A DNA stretch of 64,000 nt from a virus: positions 27,275 through 91,274 of the IMG/VR virus record IMGVR_UViG_3300032282_003280. One strand, 5' to 3'. A program made the translations under genes and the position numbers. Every line of letters begins with the position of its first letter. Position 1 is the first letter of the stretch. The notes under the pieces are model-generated. The model did no database searches and was not told the origin of the DNA. It saw nothing but the letters and a program-made list of their open reading frames with translations. Below, piece after piece: positions 50,085-60,407 of this stretch.

Positions 50085-50205
50085 GTACCTACAGCAGTAA
50101 CGAACTGCAAAGATTCTTAGTCTGTAGGTAAAAGGGTGCAGGGGGTTCCTTAAAGTGGGGAAGTTTGAGGTTCCCCCTGCGGTGGGTTGTATCTTACAGG
50201 ATACT
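50085..50205 (-). other. Structured RNA elements 3' of the MCP: tRNA-like minihelix plus two hairpins
   Basis: TACCTACAG/CTGTAGGTA (50086-50130), GCAGGGGG/CCCCCTGC (50138-50180), GTATC/GATAC (50189-50204). Confidence 0.5.
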
Positions 50206-50212
50206 TTATATA

Positions 50213-51754
50213 TTAGTACTGAGGGATTTCCTCAATTATAACTGTGCGAGAAAGATCTTCTACGAACAAGTCAGCACGGTCTTCCATCCAGATTTTGTAA
50301 CCAGGATCCATAGATGCAGAACTCATACCTTGAGAAGCTGCAAAACCTAAGTGATGTGCACGACCATCTACATAACCCCAAGTCATTGAAGGAGCACCTT
50401 TCAAACGTACTTCACGTACATTATTCTTAGGAGTACCATCACCTTCAGGAGAGATGTCGAATACCAAGAATACCGGAGTAGACTTTTTGTTTTGACCATA
50501 TTCTGAGTTAGTTTGAGGCTCATCCAACTCTTTCAAGTGAACTAACTCAATCTTACCAGATTCCATAGTAACTACAGATTCAAATGCATAGTTAATAGTC
50601 ATATTCTGGCCAGAACCTTGGATAAAACGCTCATCAGCTATAATAGTCAAACCTGAGTTAAGAGCGTCTTTTTTAGCTGCTTGACGGAAAACCTCAATAC
50701 CAGCTTCATTGGTATAAACCTTAACCTTACGGTCTTTAATATCCACCCTACGGTAGAAAAGGTCACCAAATACATTACGCATGATGTTGATAGAGAATTC
50801 TCCACGAGGATACTGTACTAAGTTACCATTATGGCGCATCTTCCAATACAGACCTTCAACAGCCTTTTTAACTTCTTGTTGTGAACCACCGGTTTTAGCA
50901 GTACCTGGTTTACCCCAGATCATACGCTTAACCTTAGTGTCCATCATCCATTTACGCATTTGAGTTTCCACGAATGGTTCCCAACGCATGTCCAGGATTT
51001 GAGGGGTAGCTATTTCATTGTTACGGTATTTAGTGTATACCATCAAATCCAAAGGCTTACCATTTTTATCTTTCATTGTACGTTGATCAGCCCACTTAGT
51101 TACAGTATGTTCAATACCATAAGCAGCAGAAAGAGATTCATACAAAGTGATTGATTGACCTAACTCAGGAAGACCTGATAATTTTTGGTCAAATTCACCA
51201 ACTAATGTATCAACGTGCATGAACTGAATACCAAGTTGTAACCAAGTATCATCAACATAATCAGTAAGAGGAGAGTCAGTTACAAGAGTAACAGTATACA
51301 ACCAACCTACTGAATATGGTTCAGGGTCTTTAGTTATATAGAAGTTAGGACCATACCTACGATCAGATGTAATTACATCATGAATAAAGAATGCCTTACG
51401 ATCTAAAACTATTTGGAATTCTTGACCATCTATACCAGGGCGATTTAAATTAGCAGTACTATCTGGTAAAGCGACTAATGCAGGGTATTGATAGGGAACA
51501 CCTATCTTCCATTGCCAATAATCTGTATCTGGGAAATAAGGAGTTGACTGATTGATCATTTGAAGGAAATCATTGTTGTACATCGCAGTCTGCGTATACA
51601 ATGTGATGATTTTCTTATCATAATCACTCGGCTCCATCATGTGCAGTGACTGCAAGTGATTGGTATCTGTTAATTTACCAATTGCACGGTTATCGAAAGA
51701 GGATACCCTCGTGGCTTCATAACCTACAAAACCTGGGTCTTTAGAAAATGCCAT
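50213..51754 (-). CDS. Major capsid protein (HK97 fold, crAss-type)
   Basis: 513 aa; TDTNHL N-terminus; position after portal and scaffold; strong codon bias. Confidence 0.88.
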   Translation of the reverse strand: MAFSKDPGFVGYEATRVSSFDNRAIGKLTDTNHLQSLHMMEPSDYDKKIITLYTQTAMYNNDFLQMINQSTPYFPDTDYWQWKIGVPYQYPALVALPDSTANLNRPGIDGQEFQIVLDRKAFFIHDVITSDRRYGPNFYITKDPEPYSVGWLYTVTLVTDSPLTDYVDDTWLQLGIQFMHVDTLVGEFDQKLSGLPELGQSITLYESLSAAYGIEHTVTKWADQRTMKDKNGKPLDLMVYTKYRNNEIATPQILDMRWEPFVETQMRKWMMDTKVKRMIWGKPGTAKTGGSQQEVKKAVEGLYWKMRHNGNLVQYPRGEFSINIMRNVFGDLFYRRVDIKDRKVKVYTNEAGIEVFRQAAKKDALNSGLTIIADERFIQGSGQNMTINYAFESVVTMESGKIELVHLKELDEPQTNSEYGQNKKSTPVFLVFDISPEGDGTPKNNVREVRLKGAPSMTWGYVDGRAHHLGFAASQGMSSASMDPGYKIWMEDRADLFVEDLSRTVIIEEIPQY

Positions 51755-51784
51755 CTTATACTAAGATTTTTTTGTTATTTTAAA

Positions 51785-53008
51785 TTAATCGAAAAATGAT
51801 TTAGAAATTGGTGCTTGATGAGTCCTCTTAACTATTTTATCCTTTGTGGCTAACTTGTTAAATAACTCATTATTTTTTTCAGATGCTAACTTATTCTTTA
51901 CTTTAGATAGATCCATCTTATTCTTAAGGAGAAGAGCTACTTTTACTTTTAACTCATAGTTTTCTGGTTTACGAAGTTCTAATAAATCCTTATCAAACTC
52001 TGTTAACCTTTCTCCTGAAGGCATTTGCCATTTAGAGTCATCTGTTAGGTAACTAAATGTCTCTCTGGCAATTTTATCACTAACTGGGATACCATCAAAC
52101 TCTTTTGTTTTGAGTTTATCAGCAAGGATTTGATTCATTTGCTGAACATAGTATTGTTTATATTGGAGTTTCTGCTTTTCTTGAGAAGCCCTTTCGGCAA
52201 CTAACTCTTGCATCTCAGCTTCCTCTTGTTCAACAAGAGTAGTATGAAAGTCTGCAGCTTCCTCCTCTAAATCACCAGTGTCTATTAAACGTTGTAATTT
52301 TTTCTCAACTTTATCAGTTGGTAGACCTTGTCTACGATAGAATTCTCTAACTACTGATTTTTGATTATCTTCTACTGATAGATCAAGTTCTTTAACTGTC
52401 TCTAACTCAGCATATTTTGATAGGTACTCTTGTGGAGATACTCCTTGTACAAAGATTGAGTTAAATACATCCAGGCCTTCTTGACCATATTTAGATGTAA
52501 TAAAACTATATATTTGAGATTGTGCTTGACTCTGTATCTCCTTTATGAACTTATCTTTAAATTGTTCTGGAGTAGTTATTGTTTCTTCTTCACCCTCTTC
52601 TCCTTGAGAGAAGATACCTAAAGATGTTAGCTCTTCAGCAAGGACTTGAAATGTATTCTCTTCAGGAGAATCTTTCTTTGTAGATGAAGGTTGATCAACA
52701 ACTTCTTCCTCACTATCCTCTTCTTCAGACTCTTCTTTTTTAGGAGTACCAAATAGTAATTCAGCAACTTCCTCTGGGTCTGTAGTTTCCTGTGTTGAAA
52801 CAACTTCTTTTTTATCTTCTTTCTTCTCTTCCTTCTTAGGTTCTTCCTTTACAGGTTGAATATCTTCCGGATTAGAAGTAGCAGATGGGCCTCCAAATAA
52901 TATATCAGACGTATCTACATCAGATATAACACTAGTACCCTGAATACCGAAGTCTTCTCTATTTAAGTCTATATTAATAGACTCAGTCTGTGTACTCGGA
53001 CCTACCAT
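51785..53008 (-). CDS. Acidic coiled-coil scaffold-like protein (crAss gene-77-like)
   Basis: 407 aa, E/D-rich, between portal and MCP. Confidence 0.7.
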   Translation of the reverse strand: MVGPSTQTESINIDLNREDFGIQGTSVISDVDTSDILFGGPSATSNPEDIQPVKEEPKKEEKKEDKKEVVSTQETTDPEEVAELLFGTPKKEESEEEDSEEEVVDQPSSTKKDSPEENTFQVLAEELTSLGIFSQGEEGEEETITTPEQFKDKFIKEIQSQAQSQIYSFITSKYGQEGLDVFNSIFVQGVSPQEYLSKYAELETVKELDLSVEDNQKSVVREFYRRQGLPTDKVEKKLQRLIDTGDLEEEAADFHTTLVEQEEAEMQELVAERASQEKQKLQYKQYYVQQMNQILADKLKTKEFDGIPVSDKIARETFSYLTDDSKWQMPSGERLTEFDKDLLELRKPENYELKVKVALLLKNKMDLSKVKNKLASEKNNELFNKLATKDKIVKRTHQAPISKSFFD

Positions 53009-53049
53009 ATTGTAATTAGATTATTTTGGTTTTATCAGAAATGATAATG

Positions 53050-53081
53050 TAAAAGTATATTAAATAATTATATTTTCCAAA
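53050..53081 (-). promoter_or_regulatory. Bacteroidota-type promoter for scaffold/MCP
   Basis: TTTG-N20-TACTTTTA (one mismatch to TAnnTTTG). Confidence 0.55.
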
Positions 53082-53113
53082 TTTTTAAAGCATAAGTGGT
53101 TGAAAAAAAGCAC

Positions 53114-53125
53114 ATGTTATAGCAT
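53114..53125. promoter_or_regulatory. Operator-like palindrome ATGYTATARCAT, copy 2
   Basis: Exact repeat of the 8593-8604 site. Confidence 0.6.
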
Positions 53126-53139
53126 AAACTTTTTTACTA

Positions 53140-53415
53140 TTAATTATTAGGATTGTCTTTTTCCTCAAAATCATCATAATCAAGTTCACTCACCCTTTTA
53201 TTAAAGGTATCAAAGGCTTCTTTTATAACCATTTGAGGTCTCTCATCATAAAATGAGAGCACTAACTTATTATCAGTAAGGGCATAAAAGTCTGCCACAT
53301 CCTCTGTTCTAATGGCACAAGATGCCCAATATAACTCTTGATGTGAAGGGTCTATATCAAGAGCGATTAGATCCTCATCAACATCCTTTTTTCTAGCTCT
53401 TACTTGAATCCACAT
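53140..53415 (-). CDS. Small acidic beta protein (FlbD-like pattern)
   Basis: 91 aa; AIRTEDV...LVLSF...MVIKEAFDTF. Confidence 0.55.
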   Translation of the reverse strand: MWIQVRARKKDVDEDLIALDIDPSHQELYWASCAIRTEDVADFYALTDNKLVLSFYDERPQMVIKEAFDTFNKRVSELDYDDFEEKDNPNN

Positions 53416-53417
53416 AA

Positions 53418-56033
53418 TTATTTCTTTTTAGGAGGTTTAGATCTACCCTTAGCATTTTCCTTTGCTACAGCCAAATCATTCTTCATATTCTCTCTCTGAA
53501 CTTGAATCTTCTCCTTCTCTAACTGCATCTTCTGCTGAGATTCCTGCATCTTACCCATTATCTCCTGCTCTTTAGCTTGAAGTTCACGAAGTTTAATGTT
53601 ATAGTCAGTGGTAGCCTTACTTGATTCCATGCTAAGCCGTTGAGTCTCAAGTACATCTGGAACAGTGTTTGCATTTATATCCTCAGAACCAACTTTACCA
53701 AAACCGGTAGCCTGAATAATAGCTATACGTTCTTTAGATATACGATCTAATTGTTTTTGGTAAGCCTCAAACTCTTGTTCAGCTTGAGATAGTGTCATCT
53801 CTGTCTGACGTTGTTGCTCAGCAATCTGCTGTTGTTGTTGAAGTTTTTGTTCCTCCATTTGTTGAGCTTGTTGCTGCATAGCTTGTTTCTTCTCCTCAAA
53901 AGTCTTAAGGAGGTCACTAATCTTACGGATAGATTTAGTGTTAAACATAGCAGATGCCTCATAAGGACTCATACCATTTTGAAGCATAGATTGAGCCAAT
54001 GACCTAAACTCTCTAAGGTTTTGAACATCATCAGCTCTAGAGGTAGCAAATACCCAAAGGTCTCTACCCTTAAGTTCTGAACCATTTATACTTACAAAAC
54101 TTTGTTCTCCTTCAGTGGATAAGAAACGTAGGTTTGATGTTGGTTTATGAGATTCTATATACAAGGCTGCATCTAACATTGCCTGATATACTTTATTAAG
54201 AGTATACTCATGTTGTGCAAACCATGGCTCTGTTTGAGAGTGGGACTGAGATATTGCTGTATTTACACCAGTAGCTGTCTCTGTTGCCTTAAGTTCACCA
54301 AGACGTTGCTCAGATAGACCTACCATTTTCCAACACTCATTTCTCATCTCTACTGCGAAGTTATAGTAAGCCTGTAACTCGTTAGCCCTAGATAAGTTAA
54401 GTGCTGTGTGTTGATTAAATGATGAGGGAGCTTTTAGGTTCTCCGGAGAGTCATCTATAAATACTATACCCTTCTCACGAGCTTCAGTTTCCCATACCTC
54501 AAGAGCATCTTGATGATCACCATCTTTAGGTACCGGTATATGACGAATAGAAGTAAGGAATACCATACCCATATCCTTCTCTGTCAAACGGAATAAACGG
54601 TTAACTGCAACATCATAAAGCATTTGAAAGTGCTTCATCTGATCTACTAAAGATTTAGGTTCAACGTTCTTTATCTCAAATATAGAACCTATAATAGGAC
54701 AGTAGTCCATTAACTCAAGAGGTTTTACATAATATACGTCAATACCTATCTTAACTCCTTGGTACCATTGATTAATCCAACCCCACTCTAATGAAAGTTG
54801 TTGAGGGTGATCCCCTGATTTATAATTCTCATCTATAAGAACTGTCTCCTCAACCCCATCCTCGTTTATATAGGTTAATTTACCTATCTTCTTCTTAGAG
54901 CACCAATATGCACGTACAACCATGTACTTATTACCAAATACACCAACATTTGTAGTTACACCAAGGAAATCATTTAAATCATCCCTATTATCTTGTTTAA
55001 ACTCAGATTCTGCCATTAGACGATACTGATAAACAAGAGGGTCGTATACATCATACTGAACAGACTCAGCACCCGTTGACCTTGGTGAGACAAGATTAGA
55101 TTCACGAGAGTTAATAAGGTATGCTTGTTGAGACATCTTACGAAGATGAATAATCTCCTCCTCTGTGAGTTTAAACTTATGGATTAGCTCTGATAACTCC
55201 ATTATCTCAATACTACCGGCAGCATACGCACCTACCCCTTTATCCAAAGGATCTGATATATATTTTTGATCAGGTGATGTTAGGTACCAAACATTCTTTG
55301 GGTTAAGTACCTCAATAGCAAATCCTAACTCTGATGTATTTTCATATATATGATAAAACTCCCTGGCAGATATAAGAAAGTCCCTAAAGGCTTCCTCACT
55401 CTTCTCTTTCATGTTAAATCTTACCTTAAGACCCTCTATAACACGAGAACCCCATCTCTCAGCCATAGATGTATAGTCAGTAAGATATTCTTGAACCTTT
55501 TTCTGAGTCATTTGTTGTAACTCATCAGGAGTATCAATCTGAATACCTTGAGCAGCTAATATACCGGCCAACTTTGTTTGGGCAGTATCTATGATATACT
55601 GCTGAAGCATCTCAGTCCTAAACTGCATTTCTTCAGCCTTAGAGTAATCATCAAAAGCTTTTATTATTACATTATCAGGTCTTTTTGACATTTCTCCTGT
55701 AAGGGTATTAATTGCAGGAGTCATTATGTCATAGTGCTTTACGTATGATGGTAGATCTTCCTGTTCAAGTAATGTCTCTGTAAAAGACTGTAACTGCTTA
55801 TCCTGATAAAAATCATCCCTACGTATAACACCCTTTATAAGTTCATAGTTCCTTACAAAGGTTTTACGATTACGTGTATATTGTTGGACTGCTACATTAT
55901 AAAAATAATCCATGTTAGTCTTAATCCAATCATCTTCTTGCTTCTCTTTCTCAAGTACAAGTTGATTTGGGTAAAGATTCAGGAGATATTCCTGAGGAGC
56001 TTTATAATGTTTAGTATAATCTATTATAGGCAT
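53418..56033 (-). CDS. Portal protein
   Basis: 871 aa following TerL; INTLTGEMSKRP, SLVDQMKHFQMLYD, VGLSEQRLG; Q-rich barrel tail. Confidence 0.9.
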   Translation of the reverse strand: MPIIDYTKHYKAPQEYLLNLYPNQLVLEKEKQEDDWIKTNMDYFYNVAVQQYTRNRKTFVRNYELIKGVIRRDDFYQDKQLQSFTETLLEQEDLPSYVKHYDIMTPAINTLTGEMSKRPDNVIIKAFDDYSKAEEMQFRTEMLQQYIIDTAQTKLAGILAAQGIQIDTPDELQQMTQKKVQEYLTDYTSMAERWGSRVIEGLKVRFNMKEKSEEAFRDFLISAREFYHIYENTSELGFAIEVLNPKNVWYLTSPDQKYISDPLDKGVGAYAAGSIEIMELSELIHKFKLTEEEIIHLRKMSQQAYLINSRESNLVSPRSTGAESVQYDVYDPLVYQYRLMAESEFKQDNRDDLNDFLGVTTNVGVFGNKYMVVRAYWCSKKKIGKLTYINEDGVEETVLIDENYKSGDHPQQLSLEWGWINQWYQGVKIGIDVYYVKPLELMDYCPIIGSIFEIKNVEPKSLVDQMKHFQMLYDVAVNRLFRLTEKDMGMVFLTSIRHIPVPKDGDHQDALEVWETEAREKGIVFIDDSPENLKAPSSFNQHTALNLSRANELQAYYNFAVEMRNECWKMVGLSEQRLGELKATETATGVNTAISQSHSQTEPWFAQHEYTLNKVYQAMLDAALYIESHKPTSNLRFLSTEGEQSFVSINGSELKGRDLWVFATSRADDVQNLREFRSLAQSMLQNGMSPYEASAMFNTKSIRKISDLLKTFEEKKQAMQQQAQQMEEQKLQQQQQIAEQQRQTEMTLSQAEQEFEAYQKQLDRISKERIAIIQATGFGKVGSEDINANTVPDVLETQRLSMESSKATTDYNIKLRELQAKEQEIMGKMQESQQKMQLEKEKIQVQRENMKNDLAVAKENAKGRSKPPKKK

Positions 56034-56034
56034 A

Positions 56035-59000
56035 TTATCCGAATAATTTTTTTATAGAGTTCTTCTTTCTACTAAATATATCTATGTTACTTCCAAACAC
56101 AGAGTTTTTTCTTTCTTGTTTAAATAATGAGTTTATCCTAGGGTCTGACTCTAATGAGGATATCCTAAGAATTGGATCTAAGTGAGCAGCCATAGCAAGG
56201 GCCAACTCAAAAGCTATTATTCTATCGGTGTTAGCCTCAGGATAAAATCTACTTATCTCATCTAATAATACAGGGTCAAATACCTTATTTACCCCAAGTA
56301 CCTTACTGGTAACCACACCCTCATCATCTGTCTCAACACTAACTACTTGCTCAAGGTACTTCTTTAGGAGATCATGTAAGTGCTCAACAATCATTCTATT
56401 TGAACGGTGAACACCATACTCTCTCTTAACCTTAGAGCCGGGAGAAACTTCCTTAATCCAATCAGGTTGTCTCTCAAGGTATATAGGGGCTGCATTTATT
56501 CCCTTCATATACTCTATAAAGGAATACTCATCATTCTCCACAAGGGTTTTAGCATTGTAGAGTTCAATCAGAAGTCTTGCTTGTTCATGCCACTTCTCTT
56601 TATTATCAGGCCTAGCTACATAGTAGGCCACTATCATATCCTGAAACTTCTCTGAGAGAATATCATGTGTCCTCTTGAGGATATATACTGCTCCTAGAGA
56701 CTCGGAGTATTCTGAGGTCATTTGACGGTAAGGATCGACTCCTCCTACATATAACCCTAAAGGAGGGTCCTTCATAGGTGCCTCAAATATAACTACTGGA
56801 GCATCTTTATCATCTGATGGTTTAGCCGGCCAGTTAGTAATTGGTTTTTTATTTGTGGGTTGAAGAAGGATTGAGTTATCAGCAGCCCTCTCTAAAAACA
56901 CATTTCTCCCAATTATCTCATTATTAAATATCTTCTGACGTTGAATGCGAGCTGCATTACCATCAAACATATTATAAGAAGATGTCAGGAAACACTCTTC
57001 AGGAGTAAGGGGATAATACATCACAGTCTTTAGATAAGCCTGTTGATCATTTGCCTTCTTAGCTACCTCTCTATCCTTATGTATTAGTTTTAGTACCTTC
57101 TCTTCATTTGTCCTTTGGAACTTTAAGTTATAAAGCTCAGACTTCTTGGGTAGAGTAACATCCCTCTTATCCCTTAACCATTCTCCTAGAAGACAATCAT
57201 CCTTACCCTCCATTCTATAAGTACCGGGTAAGAAGAACCCAAACTTCTTTGGTTCATCCTTGGACTCTATAGCTAGAAAGTTATAGGCCTCAGGATTAAG
57301 AAATATCTTCTCAGCATCATGACCCTTCTCAAAGGAACCACCTGTTCCTACAAGTAGAGGTGAACATCTCCAACCAAATGGGGATGTAAATGCCGGTATT
57401 GCAGCCTCAAGACACCTAAGAAATGGAAACTTTCCAATCTCATCTATGATGAACTCAAATGCAGTAATACCTGCTGCAGCCTCCGTATTATTACCATCAT
57501 CAAAGTTACGTGGTAATATAGAGGAGAAAGGCATCCTAGTCCCATCGGGTGTCTTAATACCCATGGTAACCTGCCTCTTCCAATCATTTTCTATCCTAGT
57601 CCACCTAAAGTAGGGGTGAACGGCAGTTAAACCTTTATCTATCTTATCAGAGAGTAGTTTTAAGTCCTTGTCATTACCGGCAGAGATAACATTCTCTGAA
57701 CCCTCAAAAAGACAAGCAGCCCTACCAATTATGGAGGACTCTATCTCAGAGTTATGTGTAGGTGTAAAACCATCTGTTAAAAATAAATGGTCATCATTAT
57801 CTACTGTAATACAGGTTGCAAAATCTCTTCCTATATACCTAATATCTACAATTGATGTTTTTATAGACTTTGGAGTAGTGTGTAGTTTTATTCTGCTTAG
57901 TTTCCTACTTAATCTAAATACCGGTAAATTAGTATACAAGTAAATACTATAGGAATCTTTACAATTTACTAATATGTTATTCTTTTTATAACTTGCTTTC
58001 TTTTTTGTAATCTTAGCAGGAATACCCATACTCCTTACTAAAAAATAAACATCATCTATTAAATTTTTATTACTGTTAGAAAAACTTATAGTACCTCCCT
58101 TAGCGACAGTACCATCGCTATCCATTAATCCCTGAAGGAGGGCCAACCTCTTATCAAAAGAGTTATACAGATAATCTTTAGGTATATGCTTATTTAAAAA
58201 TAAGTTATACTGGTTTAGACTATTGGTAATAATATTCTTAGTAGTTGGGTTACCACCTCTTTTTCCTGATGTAATTAGGTATGTACAATCTCCATCTAAT
58301 TTAACCTCTAGATTATTTTTGGTGGAGTAATCTTTGATATAATCTACAACTTGCTTATCTATATTAGTTATTCTCACATCTCTAGAACCCCCATCACCTA
58401 ACCACAACCCTAAAAAATAAGGGTCTAAAAAAACATCTTTTTCAGTATACTGAACAACAGAGTTATTAGGTATTGAAAATCTCGTCTCCTCAATATGTCT
58501 TGTTACCTTATCCTTATACCCACTGTGAACTCTTTTATATTTGTACCTATCTTTTATCCACTTTAAATTTTCAACCCTCCAAGTCTGGGTATGTTTATCA
58601 AATACCCTCCATAGATGGTCCTCACAACATCTAATAATTCTACCATCAAGAAGTTCTACTTCATATATATCTTTCTCTCCCTGAGGAAAAACTCCTGTTA
58701 CCGTTGTTAGTTTACCATCTGCTCCATATATACTATCCCCTACTATTACCTCACCTATAGTTATTTCTCCCCCATCTTTATATAAGATAGAGTCATTTCT
58801 AAGAGCTTTTGCAAAACGTCTGGTACCTACTGCAATTAAACCCTTTCTCTCATCTTTAGCCTTCTTCCTAACCTCTGCAAATTCCCACTCATTATCACGA
58901 AGGAGAGGATTCTTAAACTTACGAAGAAGAGCCTTAGTTATAGGGTTCTCCTCATCTATATATATGTTCCAGTGGTTTGTATGCCAATAGAGCCAACCAT

Positions 59001-59136
59001 CAATATATACTCCATTAACGGTAAAGCCATTCTCTATCTTTCTACGTTCCTCCTCAAAGAAAGGTTCATACTCCTGAGATAATTTATCAGGAATAGACTT
59101 CATATTAATGAAGAACTCACTGGATGTAGATAACAT
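56035..59136 (-). CDS. terL: Terminase large subunit, intein-containing
   Basis: Walker A GTRRFAK|S split by the intein; Walker B IIDEIGK; VGTGG; RNase H-like GGVDPY; NTDRI. Confidence 0.92.
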   Translation of the reverse strand: MLSTSSEFFINMKSIPDKLSQEYEPFFEEERRKIENGFTVNGVYIDGWLYWHTNHWNIYIDEENPITKALLRKFKNPLLRDNEWEFAEVRKKAKDERKGLIAVGTRRFAKALRNDSILYKDGGEITIGEVIVGDSIYGADGKLTTVTGVFPQGEKDIYEVELLDGRIIRCCEDHLWRVFDKHTQTWRVENLKWIKDRYKYKRVHSGYKDKVTRHIEETRFSIPNNSVVQYTEKDVFLDPYFLGLWLGDGGSRDVRITNIDKQVVDYIKDYSTKNNLEVKLDGDCTYLITSGKRGGNPTTKNIITNSLNQYNLFLNKHIPKDYLYNSFDKRLALLQGLMDSDGTVAKGGTISFSNSNKNLIDDVYFLVRSMGIPAKITKKKASYKKNNILVNCKDSYSIYLYTNLPVFRLSRKLSRIKLHTTPKSIKTSIVDIRYIGRDFATCITVDNDDHLFLTDGFTPTHNSEIESSIIGRAACLFEGSENVISAGNDKDLKLLSDKIDKGLTAVHPYFRWTRIENDWKRQVTMGIKTPDGTRMPFSSILPRNFDDGNNTEAAAGITAFEFIIDEIGKFPFLRCLEAAIPAFTSPFGWRCSPLLVGTGGSFEKGHDAEKIFLNPEAYNFLAIESKDEPKKFGFFLPGTYRMEGKDDCLLGEWLRDKRDVTLPKKSELYNLKFQRTNEEKVLKLIHKDREVAKKANDQQAYLKTVMYYPLTPEECFLTSSYNMFDGNAARIQRQKIFNNEIIGRNVFLERAADNSILLQPTNKKPITNWPAKPSDDKDAPVVIFEAPMKDPPLGLYVGGVDPYRQMTSEYSESLGAVYILKRTHDILSEKFQDMIVAYYVARPDNKEKWHEQARLLIELYNAKTLVENDEYSFIEYMKGINAAPIYLERQPDWIKEVSPGSKVKREYGVHRSNRMIVEHLHDLLKKYLEQVVSVETDDEGVVTSKVLGVNKVFDPVLLDEISRFYPEANTDRIIAFELALAMAAHLDPILRISSLESDPRINSLFKQERKNSVFGSNIDIFSRKKNSIKKLFG
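57751..58806 (-). mobile_element. 352-aa Ala1 (class-3-type) intein with LAGLIDADG homing endonuclease
   Basis: Starts ALRNDS, ends TPTHN|S; WCT triad (DHLW, ATCITV, PTHN); LGLWLGDG and LQGLMDSDG. Confidence 0.9.
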
Positions 59137-59138
59137 TA

Positions 59139-59474
59139 TTAATCCTCCTTTTTAACAAACCTGGCCATCATACCACCATCAATAGTCTTTCCACCTCTAG
59201 CCTCTAATCTCTTCTCTTCAGCCTCCCTCATACTATTAACCTCCTTTAGGAGAGCAAGGTATTCCTTCATAGTATCCCGGATAGACTTTATCTGAGACTC
59301 TATTGAGGCTACCACCATTGGCATTGTTCCTCCTCCTTTGGTAGGTTTCCACTCTATACGATCCTTTAGGTTAGGTATAGGATTATTATCCATATACTCC
59401 TTCCACTCTCCTAACTTAGTTTCTGCCCAATCAAGTTCCGCCTCTATGTATACACTTTGTTTCTTAGTAGCCAT
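59139..59474 (-). CDS. Helical protein upstream of TerL; terminase small subunit candidate
   Basis: 111 aa, coiled coil ending in ARGG; position. Confidence 0.45.
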   Translation of the reverse strand: MATKKQSVYIEAELDWAETKLGEWKEYMDNNPIPNLKDRIEWKPTKGGGTMPMVVASIESQIKSIRDTMKEYLALLKEVNSMREAEEKRLEARGGKTIDGGMMARFVKKED

Positions 59475-59784
59475 CTTCTTCTTCCTCCTCCCCTTCTCTA
59501 TTATTTATACCCTTCATCAATCCCTCAAGAGTCATTGACTCCTCTATGATCTTATCAATAGGTACATTTAGGTTTCTATTTCCTGTTACCACTATATCTA
59601 ACTCTTTCTCAGATTTATATTTCTTACAGATATTCTCAAACTCTTTGTCTGATACCCCATCAAAGTTACAGTTATAATCTGAGAGCATTATAGCAAGATG
59701 TTGGGATACTGTCTCTTCAGGATACATTTTAAATATCTCCTTTAGGTGGTTAACAATCTGGCTCTTATAATTTATCTTGCCCAT
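59464..59784 (-). CDS. Hypothetical protein with acidic tail
   Basis: 106 aa, overlapping its neighbours. Confidence 0.6.
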   Translation of the reverse strand: MGKINYKSQIVNHLKEIFKMYPEETVSQHLAIMLSDYNCNFDGVSDKEFENICKKYKSEKELDIVVTGNRNLNVPIDKIIEESMTLEGLMKGINNREGEEEEEDGY

Positions 59785-60106
59785 ACGGTACCCATTTTGG
59801 AGTTAAGATTGATTCCGGATTATTATGATTATGGGAGTATATCCCACAATAACAAGTTAAACAGGCTGTCTTAGCATTTATGGGGCACCCACACATAGAA
59901 CATACATTCTTAGTGGTAGAACCCTCCATATTAGAGGTATTATAGGGACAAGATTGACATATCAACCTACGTCTCACTATCTCCTCCTGTTGGTCTTGAG
60001 GAAGATCCCCGTACTTCATCTTTACAGAGTTAACGTGCCCCTCCACTACCTTATCTATATTAGCTATTCCCTCCGGAAGTGCCTTCAGGATATTTATCAG
60101 GTTCAT
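59765..60106 (-). CDS. Cys-rich zinc-binding protein
   Basis: RRLICQSC...CSMCGC...AKT...C...KW; ATG 60106 preferred. Confidence 0.7.
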   Translation of the reverse strand: MNLINILKALPEGIANIDKVVEGHVNSVKMKYGDLPQDQQEEIVRRRLICQSCPYNTSNMEGSTTKNVCSMCGCPINAKTACLTCYCGIYSHNHNNPESILTPKWVPYGQDKL

Positions 60107-60407
60107 TATCGTCAAATATTATATTGGTTTTATAATCATTTTGTTCCGGGGTTAGGATAGACTGTGCTGGTACAAACCCACAAACAGTATTCTCTGTATC
60201 CTGATCACAGGCCTTCTTTAGGAATATATGATCATCTGACCAAGACTCCTTATCATCTTCAGTAACCCCAACTAACCGACCCTTATTATTAAAGTTAACA
60301 AACTCATAGAAGGGTAAGTAGTAGACAGATTGGTTCTCTACCCCTACAATTATACACTTTACCCCATTTACGTGGATTATACTTCCTTGTCCAATTTCCC
60401 TAATCAT
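60060..60407 (-). CDS. Hypothetical protein
   Basis: 115 aa within the operon. Confidence 0.55.
   Translation of the reverse strand: MIREIGQGSIIHVNGVKCIIVGVENQSVYYLPFYEFVNFNNKGRLVGVTEDDKESWSDDHIFLKKACDQDTENTVCGFVPAQSILTPEQNDYKTNIIFDDNEPDKYPEGTSGGNS

Noticed and set aside
50085-50130. Functional tRNA-Leu
   Set aside because: No D arm, only a 3-bp anticodon stem, non-canonical T loop and no CCA; kept only as a tRNA-like structure.
7371-60160. Numerous 60-120 aa plus-strand ORFs inside the minus-strand genes
   Set aside because: They are fully antisense to well-supported genes and have no recognisable motifs or leaders.
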